Shown here: one piece after another, positions 24,710 through 37,868 of the stretch
Layout: each line of letters opens with the position of its first letter
Numbering within the stretch: position 1 is the stretch's first letter
Origin: Octopus sinensis
Lineage: Eukaryota
Length of the DNA: 64,000 nucleotides
Direction: 5' to 3'
Assembly: GCF_006345805.1 (NCBI RefSeq)
Contig: NC_042997.1
Span: 81,530,001-81,594,000 of the forward strand
Notes under the pieces: model-generated
Told to the model about the DNA's origin: nothing
Database searches by the model: none
What the model saw: only the letters and a program-made list of their open reading frames with translations
Position numbers and translations under genes: made by a program

Positions 24710-25840
24710 TAGTGGGATAGGCCAGTTTATGGGGTTACCCCAGGTTCTTGCCTTACAGTGTATCTTCAGACCCCCAGACACTGAGACATCTTTAAAATAT
24801 GAAGAGGGTAAAGCCTCATTTTTTAAGGGTAAAATCCTAGGTGATTATCTCCCTTCGCCATTGTCCATCAATCTTCGGCAACAACAGCAGAACTGGCAGT
24901 GGTGATAGCACTAGCACTACCACATCGTCCACCAGCACCAGCAGCCCTGACTCCATCAACAATAACAGCAACACCGGTGGCAGTGCCAGCAGCAGCAGTG
25001 ACAACAGCAACGATGACTGCCCCATAGGCAACACCTGCAGGGACGATAATATAACTGGTACCAACACCAACAGCAGCAGCGACAACACCACAAGCAGCAT
25101 CAGTGGCAATGGTAGCTGCAACAGCACCAACAACAGCAGCAGGCACAAAGACAGTAGCAAGAGGTGCAGTGGCAACGGTAGCAGCAACAACAGCAGCACC
25201 TACAACAGCAACAAGCACAACAACATCATGCACCCACGAAAGTATGTGGAGTGCACTGGGAACTCTCTCAAACAGCATATTTCCAATCATCTATCCACCT
25301 TCAGAGCCTCAGAAAAGAATGTAACATCGCTGGCCAGCCATATCTGGTAATTATGAGATTAAGAGATTGCATGAAAAATACTCGAGAACCCAGGCCCCTA
25401 CATCAATGGGACTAAATGATGCACATTATGCATTACCAAACGCTTGAGGATCCTTAAAGACTCGCTTGTACCAGGATGCATCCTGAACTCTTGGATGGAG
25501 ATTTTCAGACCATGCTTGCATTTTAAAATATTCCTGTTGGCCTCTTGGAATCCACATGGCGGCACTACAGCCAGAAACCAATAGCAAAGGCTGAAGTAAG
25601 ACAATCATTTACTTCTGTGGTGCTTTAGTGACCACAAGATGGCAGCATGGCCAAAGATCAATGGACAATGGCGAAGGGAGATAATCACCTAGGATTTTAC
25701 CCTTAGAAACGAGGCTTTACCCCCTCTGTATTTTAAAGAGGTCTCAGGCCAGCAGTGTTTGGGGTCTGAAGATACACCATAAGGCTAAATCCTTTATGAG
25801 CGAAACCCAGGGTAACCCCATAAACCGACCTACCCCACTA
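24710..25840. mobile_element. TIR element (~170/190-bp arms) with CAG/CAA-rich interior
   Basis: tagtgggataggccagtttatggggttaccc... at 24710 versus ...gggtaaccccataaaccgacctaccccacta at 25840; arms roughly 85% identical by eye. Confidence 0.8.
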
Positions 25841-26590
25841 TAGTATTAACTGCTCTACATCTTAGAGTGTGCTTCTCCTCCAGGTTTATGTATTTTTACA
25901 AATTATCCTATATATATATACATATTACTACTTGTGTTTAAAACAAAAATATAATTTTCTTACCTAATCATAAGGCCTCAATTTTATAGATTAGTGAAAA
26001 ATTAAGACAGCTTGATGTATATACCTTTCTAAGAAGTATCATTGATATAAGAAATGTAAATATAACTTGTGACTCTGTAATGAAGAATTTACATTTACAT
26101 AGTTCTGTTTTCACTTTCACTGCACAACTCCTATCAAATGTTTTCCACCATGCCCTTAAGTTGATCCAAGTCCTCTGAGTGGAACTGAGTACACAAAAAT
26201 TGCAGTGAATCCTGTTGGACTATACCTGATCTAAAACTAATCCATTTTGCAGTTTAATACCAACACCTGGGTTTTGGCTATTGTTTAGTTTCAGGTCAGC
26301 CTTGATTAAGGAACCCTATGATCAAAGGCATTTCAACCATGGCTATTCATTATATTTTTATATCAGGGACTTCATTGAACTTCTTTTTATAAATTATAGG
26401 ATATGGTTATTAAGGAGGTTTGGTTGTTATTTTTAGCAGAATCCACATTATTCAAACATTCAGACTTTGTCCCCTTTCTGAAATAATATAATATGCTATT
26501 TCCTACTGCAGCAGTTCTTCCTCCTGTTTCTCCCTCCTGTGTTGGAGGTCATGCAGAAACTTTTTTTATTAGTTATGTATCTCTTTTCAG

Positions 26591-26800
26591 ATTATGAATA
26601 AAAGAATTGAAGAAGAGTCCAAGAAAAAAGATATAAAGACAATTATGGAACTAGATCAGAAAGTAATGGACCAGCAAGTTACTCTGGAAAAAGCTGGTGT
26701 TCCAGGCTTCTATGTAACCAACAATCCTGCTGAAATTCGCCTACAAATCTACCTCTTAGAATTTATTGTGAGACTTCGAAACACTGAGTTACCAACATGA
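26591..26800 (+). CDS. DGCR6: DGCR6 coding exon 4, terminal ([69 protein letters not shown])
   Basis: ctcttttcag| acceptor; ELD.KV.DQQ.TLEKAGV.GFYVT.NP motif; TGA at 26798-26800. Spliced CDS is 582 nt = 193 aa + stop. Confidence 0.95.
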   Translation: MMNKRIEEESKKKDIKTIMELDQKVMDQQVTLEKAGVPGFYVTNNPAEIRLQIYLLEFIVRLRNTELPT

Positions 26801-26829
26801 ATGTTAGATTGCTAGAACATTAATTAAGG

Positions 26830-26835
26830 AATAAA
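26830..26835 (+). terminator. Candidate polyadenylation signal AATAAA
   Basis: First AATAAA, 30 nt after the stop codon; AT-rich context makes chance occurrence likely. Confidence 0.3.
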
Positions 26836-27729
26836 ATTTACTTGGTAGAAGTGCTAAATAAGAGGAAATAATTATTCAGTAGAAAGAATCATCTAATCTC
26901 AAATTTATTTTGCCAAACTCTGCAACTGGAAAAATGTATTCTCATCATTTCTTGGTTTTCTACCAAGGCTTATTTAAAAAATACTTTCAAAACTGGATGC
27001 TGTAACAACTTCCACGTGTTTACTATTTGATATTTTTCTTTAACTTCAAATAGTAGCTCAAAACAATGTTTGGTTAGATTTATCATTAGAAAATTCTTGT
27101 TCACTAAATTTTTGTTTTTTTTTCAAATTTCATCATCATATCATTAAAACACATTAAAAACATATTTTCATTTAAAATTATTTATCTGTATTTTTTGAAA
27201 ATCACATGGCACTTGTCTAGAAGCTAACTTCTAGAGTAAAGTAACTTCCCTTGCTTTTTCTAGATTTTGTGACAGTGCATGAGTCCAACAATACAAGCAA
27301 ATGAAATACTCTTTATTATTGAAATGTCCCTTTTCTTAGAACAGTGAACTGCTGTGTTATGTTTATAGCTAGGTGGACTTGTTCATTAAGAGACACTTGA
27401 TATTCAGTTTTGAATTGATTTTTTTATTTATCTTATCTACTGCAGCCTTCCTATATATCATCATTTAATGTTCTCCTTCCATGTTGGTATGGGCTGAGTG
27501 GTTTGATAAGAGCTGGCGAGTCAGAAGACTGCACCAATATATTGTTTGCTTTGACATGGTTTCTGTGGCTGGATGCCCTTCCTAATGCTAACCACTTTAG
27601 TGTATTTCTTGCTTGTTATGTGATATTTACTAAGTAATTTGCAAGACAAGACCCCCTCAACTGAGGTGAGAGTAGTATCGAAGGTGGAGACTTTGTGCCA
27701 GATGATGAGAGATTTGAGTATCAATGGAG

Positions 27730-29420
27730 TATGTATGGTTCGACCAAACCATCAGATGCTGTTATATTCCACTGGTCACTATGCATTTCCCATTCTGTCT
27801 TGATTGCACCATTCTTTTCCATCTTGACCCAAACTGACTAAATTGTTTTCCCATCGCCATGGAGGTCTTCTAAAAGGCCTTTTCTGATCTCTTGAATACC
27901 ACTAGGCAATTGCACAGGGCTACCTGTTGTCTGTGAATCTTGCAACATGTCCAGCCCAGTGGAACCTGCGTTTTTGGTACTCTGCGATCACATTGTTCAC
28001 TCTTCTCTGTTCTCAAATTATCTTGTTTCGAATGCGCTTTCTTAATTATGTTCCTAGCATGGATCTTTCCATAGCCCTTTGCATCATAGCCAATCGATAT
28101 TTTGTCTCCTTTGTAGTAGACCACATCTCACTAGCACATAAGAACGCAAGTAAGATGGTGCTTTTGAGGAGTCTGGTATGTATAGCATTGTTTAATTTTG
28201 CTTGGTGTACACATTCTTTATTGAGTTAAATGTCTTCCATCCTGCTCTTATTTTCGTTGAGATTTCAGCATCGGTATCTTGATGTATATTTACTGTGTGC
28301 CCTAAGTGTGATTTTGAACATCTGGTGGGCAATATGTAGTATCAAGATGTCTTATGTGTACAATTTGAGTGCCATATACTGGATTTGAATATGACAGCAG
28401 GACCTGGGGTGTGAGGTCCTTGTGGATGTATTCTGCAACTCCACTCTCTTCTGTCCATTCATATTACAACATATTTTGGTATGTGTACTTTTGCATCCCC
28501 TACATCAGCTCTATCTAAGATGCATTTCCTCAAGTGCTTGATTGTATGCAGCAAGGTCTCTCAGGAAAGATATTTTTGTTTTGTAGTTGAGGTGCACCAA
28601 ACCTTCAATGTTTCAAAGAAATATTGGTGTGATGCCTGTGTTGCTGTCAGTGGTAGCCATCCTTTATCTGCCAACTATGGTAGCCTCAAATAGTAATGGC
28701 AGTGGTTCCAAGTTTGTTCTTGATGTAGCCAGGTCAGCTGCTGCATAATTTTTTATGCCATGCACAAAAAAAATTTTTGTTCAGCTGCTGTTCTTTTCAC
28801 ATCTGGATGAGGCTTGCTGTTTGGAGGTGTATACACTATGTCTGCATATCATCTTCTAAGAACCAACAATGTGAAATTTTTGTCCTTGTTCTCCTCTTGG
28901 AAAGGAGTTCTGTTTTTTGCCCATACAGTTTTGGCAAGACTTCTGATATGCAAAATGCCAACAGCTTCTTGCAGGTAAAATCTGCATACATTTCCACTTC
29001 TGCTTTTGTACCTCCTATTCCTTTTGCCCACATTGTTGGAGATTTTTCTGCTTTGCTCCAGAGTTTTTTTTTTGTTTTACTCCTTGCTCTTTGTTGTTTC
29101 TGGGAGTTTCTGTTTTGTCATTAATAAGTTTTTGCTTTCTTCCTTTTTCAAGCCTCTCATCTCTTTGACTGTCTACAGTGGTGAGGGCAGGACAGTATCA
29201 GTGTTTCCTTTGGCATTGTTCTTTCGATGGTCCACTGGGCCCAGGAGACTTTTCTTTTCCTTTTCACTTTCTCCATCCTTCTTATTAGTCTTGCTGTGAT
29301 CATTTCCCAGAATGGCATCCAGGGTGTTGATGTGTGGTCTAATGGGAGCAGAGAAACAAAAAAATTCAAGTTTCTTCTACTCTATCTGGGCCATGGTTCT
29401 AGTGAAACCATTACACTTTA
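27730..29420 (-). mobile_element. Degenerate RTE-clade LINE
   Basis: Minus strand reads AEISTKIRAGWKTFNSIK...CASEMWSTTK...MQRAMERSML...WAGHVAR-like; upstream part less certain. Confidence 0.7.
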
Positions 29421-29586
29421 GTGCTGTCACAATGATGTTGTTTGGGGGATCTCTCTCTCTGCAATTTTCTCATAGAAATAATTGCAGTTCCTTGATTCTC
29501 CAATTTTGTGACATCTTTGCTGTATATATATAGAGAGAGTGAAAGAGGAAAGGAGACAGTGAGAAAAGGGATTGTATAAGTATGTA

Positions 29587-30775
29587 TCAGGTCATCCCAT
29601 AAGTTCTGTCTGAATTTTGAATAAAGAAAACAAGTGATCAAATGTTATATGTAATTGAAATTTAATTATCAATGTACTTTCCCTGATTATCTATGACTTC
29701 CTTCCATCTATTTACAAGCTTTTTAATCCCATCAATATAAAACTCTTTTGGTTTCACAGCGCAGAACTCTGAAATGTCAGTTTCGACCTCCTCCTGGCTT
29801 GCGAAGTTATGTCCCCCAAAATGATTCTGTAAACTATGAAACAAATGGTAGTCTGAAGGAGCAAGGACGGGAGAATAAGGTGGATGTGGAATTTTTTTTC
29901 CCAACCAAGCTTTTCGATCTTCTGTGATGTGATCTTTGCAGTGTGGGGTCATGCATTGTCCTGATTAAACATCACTCCTTTTCGATTCACTAAAGCGGGT
30001 CTTTTTTTTTCAAAGCTTGGTTCAAATGCTCTAATTGCTGACAGTAAACTTGAGTATTGATTGTTGCATTAGGTGGTAACAATTCAAAGTGAATTACTCA
30101 TTTTCAATCCCATGAAGTTCCCTTCTCGGTTGTGGTTGAGCCTTTTCCCTTTTACCAAGCCACTGTTTATGACGTTTAACATTTCGATAGAAGATCCATT
30201 TTTCGTTACCAGTCACAAGTCTATCCAAAAAGGGTGAAATGAGTTAGTGAGAATGGAGAGAAGAGCAAATGTCAACTCGGGATTTGTGGTTGCTTTTGGA
30301 CAATTCATGAGGCACCCATTTTCCAAGTATAGGAACCTTTCCAAGTTGTTGAAGATGATGATGAACAGTTGTACGGTTTGAACTAAGCTTTATTGCCAAT
30401 TCTTCAACTGATAATGCAAGATTTTCTTGTTCAATCTTCCTCTTCAGGGCTGAAATCTTCACTTCTGAATTTTGCAAACCATTTTTTACAAGTTCTTTCA
30501 TTCAGGTATTCTTTCCCATAAACTGAGTGTATGTTTTGAGTCACTTTGGCTGCAGAGTTTTCATTTTTGTACATTTTTGTGCCTTAAATGTTCTTTGGAT
30601 ACTTCCATATTAGAAAGGGTTTTAATCAAAGAAATTTTAATTCTATTATTCTGTAAAATAATATTTAATTAGTTAAAATGTACACAAATACATAGAAATA
30701 TTTTTTTATTCCATTAGACATTCTAAAATACTATTAAATTTCATTCAATTTTTAAAAAGGTAAAATCGGACAGTA
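29587..30775 (-). mobile_element. Degenerate mariner transposon
   Basis: TA|tcaggtcatcccataagttc TIR; ORFs contain LGKWVPHEL and HPPYSPVLAPSDYHLF. Confidence 0.88.
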
Positions 30776-33004
30776 TATCTACACAAATATAAAATTTGTA
30801 GGAAGAGAAACTTGTATATATGTGTGTATGCATATATATGTGTGTGTGTATACAAAAGTGCATTTGTATGCATATGCTTACACACATGCACTCATATACA
30901 TATAGGGTGAGAGAGAGAGAGAGAGAGAGAGATAGATCAGTATAACCTATATAGAGAGAGATGAAAATCAATCTAGCATCAAATATGTGATAATTAAAAT
31001 AGAATTATCAGTAGGAAAAGAGATGCTAATAAACTTTTGTTCTCTTATCTTGTGACTGGCTAGATTAAAACAAGACAAAATAAGATGAAATACTCCACTC
31101 TTGAATACTTACCAGACTTCAGTGGTGTTTATGTTTGTGAATTTTAATTGAAAAACTTAAAGAAACTTGATTCCAGAAATTCTATTTTATATTTGAGCAA
31201 TCTACAAAGTTACATTGGTTCATACAAGTTGGAATCAGATAAATGAGAAATGTAAGGTCAATGCAGTTAACATCTTTTTCTTTTTTCAAGTTGTATATAC
31301 TCAAAACATGTGGTGGGTTAATCTTGATATTTTTGATATCAGAAAATTCCTTATAACTGCATAATTTTTTTAATTTCTGTATGCTTTGAAGAGAGGAGAA
31401 AGTGGAATGGCAAAATTTGCTTTGAAAGTATGTACATGTATATGAAATGGACATATGATTGAGTGAAGGTGTGTGTTGTCATGTATATGTTTTTTTTTGC
31501 ATGTATGTGTAAGTGGCACTCTCTGTCTCTTACACATATACATATTTCATATACATGTACATAAATACATATGCATACATCTCTTTTGTATGTATGTATG
31601 CGTGTACATGTGGGAGAGAGAGTGAGTGACTGTATTTCCTCATAAGATCTAGAAAAGTGGATGTCTTTTGGTTGTGGCTTATTTTAATACAATATTTATG
31701 TGTACATTTTCATAAATGTTTGTCTGAGTAGTATTCTATGCATGTGTGAAACATTAGAAGTAAATCGAAATATTGCCTGAAAATGACCTCAAAATTGTGC
31801 AACCCAACCTCGTTTCCCAGTTTATTTTAGTAGTAATAGAATTGTTAAGCCAAAAACTGATTATTTGGTAGTTTTCATACATATAGATAATAAGTAGCTT
31901 TCTCCATTATAGTACAAATGTGACTAATTCAGAGAAACATTACTTTCATTATTCACACATCATCACTCACATAATGTAACACTTTGTAATTTTGGTTCAA
32001 ATTGAAAGTGTGAAACTATTTTCACTTTCTAATGAAACTTTGTCGTTGTAGAACAGTGTCTTTCAAATAACTATAGCTGGTTGTTGAGATAACACAGAAA
32101 GCATGTAAATGAAAATAAAGTCTATTTGGTAGTCAAAATATTACTGAATCTTTTGATACCCCATACGTCAAAATTGGTAACACAGTTTTCAAATGCATAA
32201 GGAACATACGTGTGTGCGCACACACACACACAAACTCTTTTGTATATATATAGATATATATATATATGCATGTATACATGTGTGTGTAAGTGAAATCACA
32301 GTTGTGGTCATTGTCAGTGTCACATAATTGGCACCCATGCCAATGGCATGTAAAAAGCACTATTCAAGTGCTGGGCCTCACAGAAGCAATGACAGATGAC
32401 CAAAACCTTTGGCAATACGCTGTGCTTGAGAAGAAGACCCATCAAGCCAAGTGAAATCATTGTCATGGCAGACACTGGTTGTATGTAAAAGCACCCACTA
32501 CACTCTTGGAGTGGTTGGTGTTAGCAAGGGCATCCAGCTGTAGAAACCATGCCAAATCAGACTGCAGTATGGTGCAGCCCCTCAGTTTACCAGCCCTGGT
32601 CAAGCCATTCAACACATGCCGACATGGACAACGGACATTAAATAATGACGATGATGTGTATATATGGGTGTGTGTGTGTGGTTAGAGCATCAGGCTCACA
32701 ATCATGAGATAGTGAGTTCGATTCCTGGACTGGGCTGTGTATTGTGTTCTTGAGCAAGACACTATTTCACATTGCTCCAGTTCACTCAGCGGTAGAAATG
32801 AATTGCAACATCACTGGTAACAAGCTGTATGAGCCTTTGCCTATCCCTTGGAAAACATTAGTGGCGTGGAGTGGGGAAGCTGGCATTCATGGGTGACTGC
32901 TGGTCTTCCATAAACAACCTTGCCCAGGCCTCAGAGGTTAACTTTCTAGGCAATCACATAATCATTCATGACTGAAGGGGGTCTTATATAACATATATAT
33001 ATAT

Positions 33005-33420
33005 AGGCACAGGCATGTTTGTGTGGTAAGAAAATTGCTTCTCAACCACATGGTTCTGGGTTCAGTCCCACTGTGTGACATTTTGGGCGAGTGTTTTCTA
33101 CTATAGCTTCAGGCTAGCCCAAGCCTTGTGAGTGGGTTTGGTAGATGGAAACTGAAAGAGGCCTGTTGCATGTATCTATATATATATATATTTACATAAA
33201 TATGTTTATGTGTTTGTGTCTGTCTTTTTCCTCCCCACAATTGATTGACAACCAATGATGGTGTGTTTATGTCCCTGTAATTTAGCAGTTTTGCAAAAAA
33301 GACTGATAGAATAAGTATTAGGCTTACAAAAAGTAAGTCCTGAGATCAATTTCTTCAGTTAAAAACCTCTTTGAGGCAGTGCTCCAGCATGGCTGCAGTC
33401 AAATGACTGAAACAAGTAAA
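33005..33420 (+). mobile_element. SINE family b, near full length
   Basis: Same consensus. Confidence 0.85.
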
Positions 33421-33677
33421 AATATATGTATGTATGTATGTATGTATACATATATATGTGTTTGTGTATTTGTTTTGCAAGATTCTTGATGTGAAATTTT
33501 ATGTTGAAACAGATATTGTTTTATTTGGGAGTGGTCCTATTTTGCCAATTAAATACATGCACTATATATTTGGTCTTTATTTCAGCTTTGTTGTTATTTT
33601 AATTTCTTTGTCTAGAGTCACTGAAGAGGTCACAGGATGTGACAAAAGAGCTTTGACAAAGAAACTAAAATAATGAT

Positions 33678-34418
33678 AACAAGAGCACTCAGAGAGCGCA
33701 AACCTCCACCAAAGCAACACCAACAGCCTCTCAACGATTAGCCGGAGATGATTTTTAAAATGAGAATATCTGAAATATACTACTGTTCTCACAAACAAAG
33801 AATACTAAAAATGAAATGACCACTCTCAAATGGAACAATAATCCAAATATATATATATATATATTGAGTGAGACGTGAAAGGAGAGGAGATAAAATACTC
33901 ATACAGTGAAGGAGAAGTAGTGAGAGTAATATCCATGACTGAGAGGGAGTGAGAGAAAGTAATGACAATGAGAAAGATGAAACAAAGTGGCAAAGAGAGC
34001 TTCATGAATGAGAAAGGGAGAGATGATATATGAATAACAAAGGAAGGAGCAAAAAATCCAATAAACGGCATTTGAAGTGTTAGTATATGTGTGTGTAAAA
34101 GAGAGGTATGTGTGTGTGTGTACAATGGTAATGTTAAACATTGAAAATGTGTGGGTATATGTGTGTGCATGTACAAGAGAACTATGTGAAACTTTACATA
34201 TTCATGTGAAGTTTAAAAAATTGGAAAATTAATCCAGAATCCTTGTCTGGTACTGGAATGATCCCAAAATCTAATTAGACCATGCAGTCACAATGCCAAA
34301 CATCCCTGAAAGTTTCATCCAAATTCATCAAGCAGTTCTTGAGATATCTTGTCCACAAACAAACAAACAGACACAACTGAAAACAATACCTCTGCCGTCG
34401 CTAAGGCAGAAGTAATAA
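33678..34418 (+). mobile_element. HINE-like element, second copy, with a GA/TG-rich insert
   Basis: aacaagagcactcagagagcgcaaacctccacc ... tacctctgccgtcgctaaggcagaagtaa. Confidence 0.65.
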
Positions 34419-34460
34419 AGCTGAGGTGAAGACCAAATATATTGTGTGTGTGTGTGTATA

Positions 34461-34974
34461 TCTATATATATAAAACTGTAGTTGTGTGAGTGTCTGTCCC
34501 CTTCGATTTAGATTCCTAACTACTCCCACATTTTGCGGTGCAGTTTAACCAAATTTGGGTATCTTATAGCCGTGATTCATATCGAGCCCGTCTGGGTATT
34601 AGCGCATGTCTACGATGAGTCTACGATTTTAAAAATAAGTTAACATCAATTTTTATTCCATTTTAATGCATATTTTTTCGTGTGTCGATGGCGGTGGAGT
34701 TGGCGTCCACGCTCACATCTGCACCTGTGTTGCTTCTCCCCCTTCTTCCCTCCCTCGTAAAGCTGTGGGGAAGGGAGTGTAAGGAAATCAACGTCGTAAA
34801 GCGTTGTCAAGGAGACCAGCGTTCTTTTAGAACAACGACTTCATGGCTTGAAGACACCAAAACAGAAATGGCTAAGAAAGCCCGAATTGGCATCTATAAC
34901 GGAAGTAACTCTCTAAAAATGCTTATATAGTTATTTCCCTTACAAACCCGAGCAACTCCGGGCGATACTGCTAG
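34461..34974 (+). mobile_element. Non-autonomous Helitron, family A (GC-insert subtype)
   Basis: A|TCtatatatataaaac ... cccgagcaactccgggcgatactgCTAG|T: 5' TC, 3' hairpin plus CTAG, AT target. Confidence 0.9.
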
Positions 34975-35624
34975 TATATATATATATATACACACGCACA
35001 CACACGTGTGTATGTATGGAGGTTGATCTGAGAGTGTAGCTTCTAGAATAAGAACAGGTTAGGTGAAGTTTAGAGAGCTGCTACTTTTGTTAGTAACAAA
35101 GGGCCTTACCCTAAGAGTGAATGATTGTATGATGCCTGTGTGCAAACAGCCATGATGCATAGCAGTGAAGCGTAGGCTGTGACTGCAGAGGACATGTGAA
35201 AGCTTGCTGAAATGAAGCTAGTATGTTCTGTTGGATGTACAAGGTCAGTATGCACATATGACTATGAGATTGCACCTAGGAAGTCCAAGCAAAGTTGTTT
35301 TATGGAAGACCAGAAGTTGCCCATGCATACCAGCCTCCCCTTTCCATGCCACTAATATTAACCAAGAGAAAAGCAAAGGCCAATACAGCTTGGTACCAGT
35401 GACACCGCAACTCATTTCTACAGATGAGTGAACTGGAGCAACATGAAATAAAATGTCTTGCTCAAGAACACAAACACACAGCCCAGTCTGGGAATTGAAC
35501 TCACTACCTCATGATTGTGAACTTGATGTAACCACTGAGTCATGTGCCTTCTCGTTCCAAAATTATACAGATGAAAATAAACAATGAAACTTTATATGAC
35601 ATGCTATTAATACTGGATTAACTA

Positions 35625-35840
35625 TAAGGCAGTGAACTGGCAGAATCATTAGCATGCTGGGTGAAATGCTTAATGACATTTCATCCGTCTTACTATGAGT
35701 TCAAATTCCACCAAGGTTGACTTTACTTTTCGGCCTTTCAGGATCAATAAAATAAGTACCAGTTGAGCACTGGGGTCAATATAATCAACTTACCCCTTCC
35801 TCAAAATTGCTGGCCTTGTGTCACATTTTGAAATCAATAT
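35625..35840 (+). mobile_element. SINE family a
   Basis: Same consensus. Confidence 0.8.
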
Positions 35841-36691
35841 TGGATTACCTCTTGACTCAAGGGGGTTTTTTTTTCAAATATAAAGGAAAATAAGCAAACA
35901 ATAGAGTTTATTTCCTTCTTCGTTGAGACTAAGAGTTGGGACATCAATTGTTTAACTCAAAGTAGATTGATCAGCCCTGTAATCAAAAGCATTTCAGCCA
36001 TAATAATCACCTGAGCAAGAAATTATATAGTGAGAAACAAAAACAAAAGAAAAGCTTTTGAAGTCATGAGAAAGATTAAGTTGATCACTAGAAAGATAAT
36101 GTGTAACAGAAAATTCCATACTGACAGAAAGTGAATCAGCATCCTAGAAATAATGACTTAAAAAAAAAAGAAAAGAACATATTGGAGAAAGCACTGTAGA
36201 ATAAACTATATCTGCAGAGATTTCATGGTTAGAATGCTTTTGAACTTAGATTTCCTCTACCAGATCTGGGGCTAAACAACATTTGATATAAAGTACAGCT
36301 CCATAATTGTCAAGCTTTCTCACTACAGTTTCTCTCCATACATGCAATACACATCTATTACTCTTGTTCTCTTTGTCAGTATTGAAGCAAAAAACAAATA
36401 TGGAACTTTTTTTTTAATCAATTGCAAACTTCTGGTAAATCTTGCAACTTTTCTAAAGAAGTAAAAATCATGCCTGGCTCTTGTTTTCAGTCTTCTGTGA
36501 AAAACATGCCTTGGCATGGTAAAATATTACCGTATTTGGAAACAGGTTAGAGTTGGGGGCAGGAAGTCTTCATTCTAGAAAATCTGCCTCAACACATTCC
36601 ATTTGACCCATGCAAGCATGGACAATTGGACATTATATGACGAGGAATACATTTGAGTTGATTCTGTCTATTGGCTCACAGAAGAATTTAA

Positions 36692-37296
36692 CTTTAAACC
36701 TTTAGATTCCTTTGTCAAATGCATTGCTTATTTATTCACATTCTTTTGAATTAATCACACATTATTTTGTAGCTTCAAGATTTCACCAATGTCTTATCTT
36801 TTACTTGTTTCAGTCATTTGACTGTGACCATTCTGGGGCACTGCCTCAAAGGGTTATTTAATCAAACAAATTGACTCCAGTACTCATCTTTTTTTAAGCC
36901 TAGTACTTATTCTATTGGTATTTTTTGCTGCATTGCTAAATTACAGGGACATAAACACACCAACACCAGTTGTCAAGCGATGGTGGGGGACAAATAGATG
37001 CAAACACAAACACACATATGACAGGCTTCTTTCAGTTTTCATCTATCAAATTCACTCACAATGCTATGGTCAGCTTGAGACTATAGTAGAAGACACTTGC
37101 CCAGGGTGCCATGCAGTGAGAGTGAACCTGGAACCATGTGGTTAGAAAGCTAGCTTCTTACCGCATAACCATACCTGTGCCTGCAGTGTGTTTGTATATT
37201 TTTAGAATGACATTGTAGGTTAGGTGTGAGAAGTTGGATCTGGTCAGTTTTAACATAAAACAAGTAGAATATATGGCTGGATTAAATGCTAAAAAG
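36692..37296. mobile_element. piggyBac-type MITE interrupted by a family b SINE (~36800-37180, - strand)
   Basis: Body matches 11880-12099; ends tgctaaaaag|TTAA. Confidence 0.65.
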
Positions 37297-37868
37297 TTAA
37301 ACTTATTACTGCAAGTTAGTGAAACCTTCATCAATTATACAATGTTCTCACTGCTTATCTTTGTGATATGCATCTATCCTGATGTACCTTAACATTCTGA
37401 GTCATCGCTAATATAAATGTTTACACATTGGTCACTGGACAGTGTTAACGATAAGAAAAATGCTATTGACCTTTAGGCTGGTAGTCTGACAACCTACTAA
37501 CTTGTCAATCTGTAAATCTCTTCTTTCACATGATGAAGTTGCAGGTAGGGATAGTAAACAAAAGTCTCTGTGAAAAAGGACATTTACATCAAACTAATTA
37601 CCTGCTGATGTAAATGAACTTGTCTAAACATAGAAAAAGCAGGAAAGAGAAAAATGATGATGTAAATAGAAGTTATTAAAATGTTATTTTTAATTAATTC
37701 TCTTTGTAATAAAGAATGATTAAATAATCTTTTAATGTTTCAACACAAGGAAATAAATAAAGATATTGCAGGTATTAACTAATTCATAAAATAACTAATT
37801 TCAAAGTGATAATTATAAGGGAAGATAAATGTTTGTTAAAAGACACCAGTAACTCATGAGGCTACATA

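Noticed and set aside
26801-27450. Possible second small ORF in the 3' UTR, as recalled for the Drosophila gdl locus
   Set aside because: No convincing ORF is visible after the stop codon.
31392-31427. Possible 36-nt plus-strand microexon (RGESGMAKFALK, ag...gtatgt)
   Set aside because: Weak acceptor, no partner exons and no recognisable homology.
36323-36517. 64-aa basic ORF in unique-looking DNA
   Set aside because: No domain or splice-site support; this length is expected by chance.
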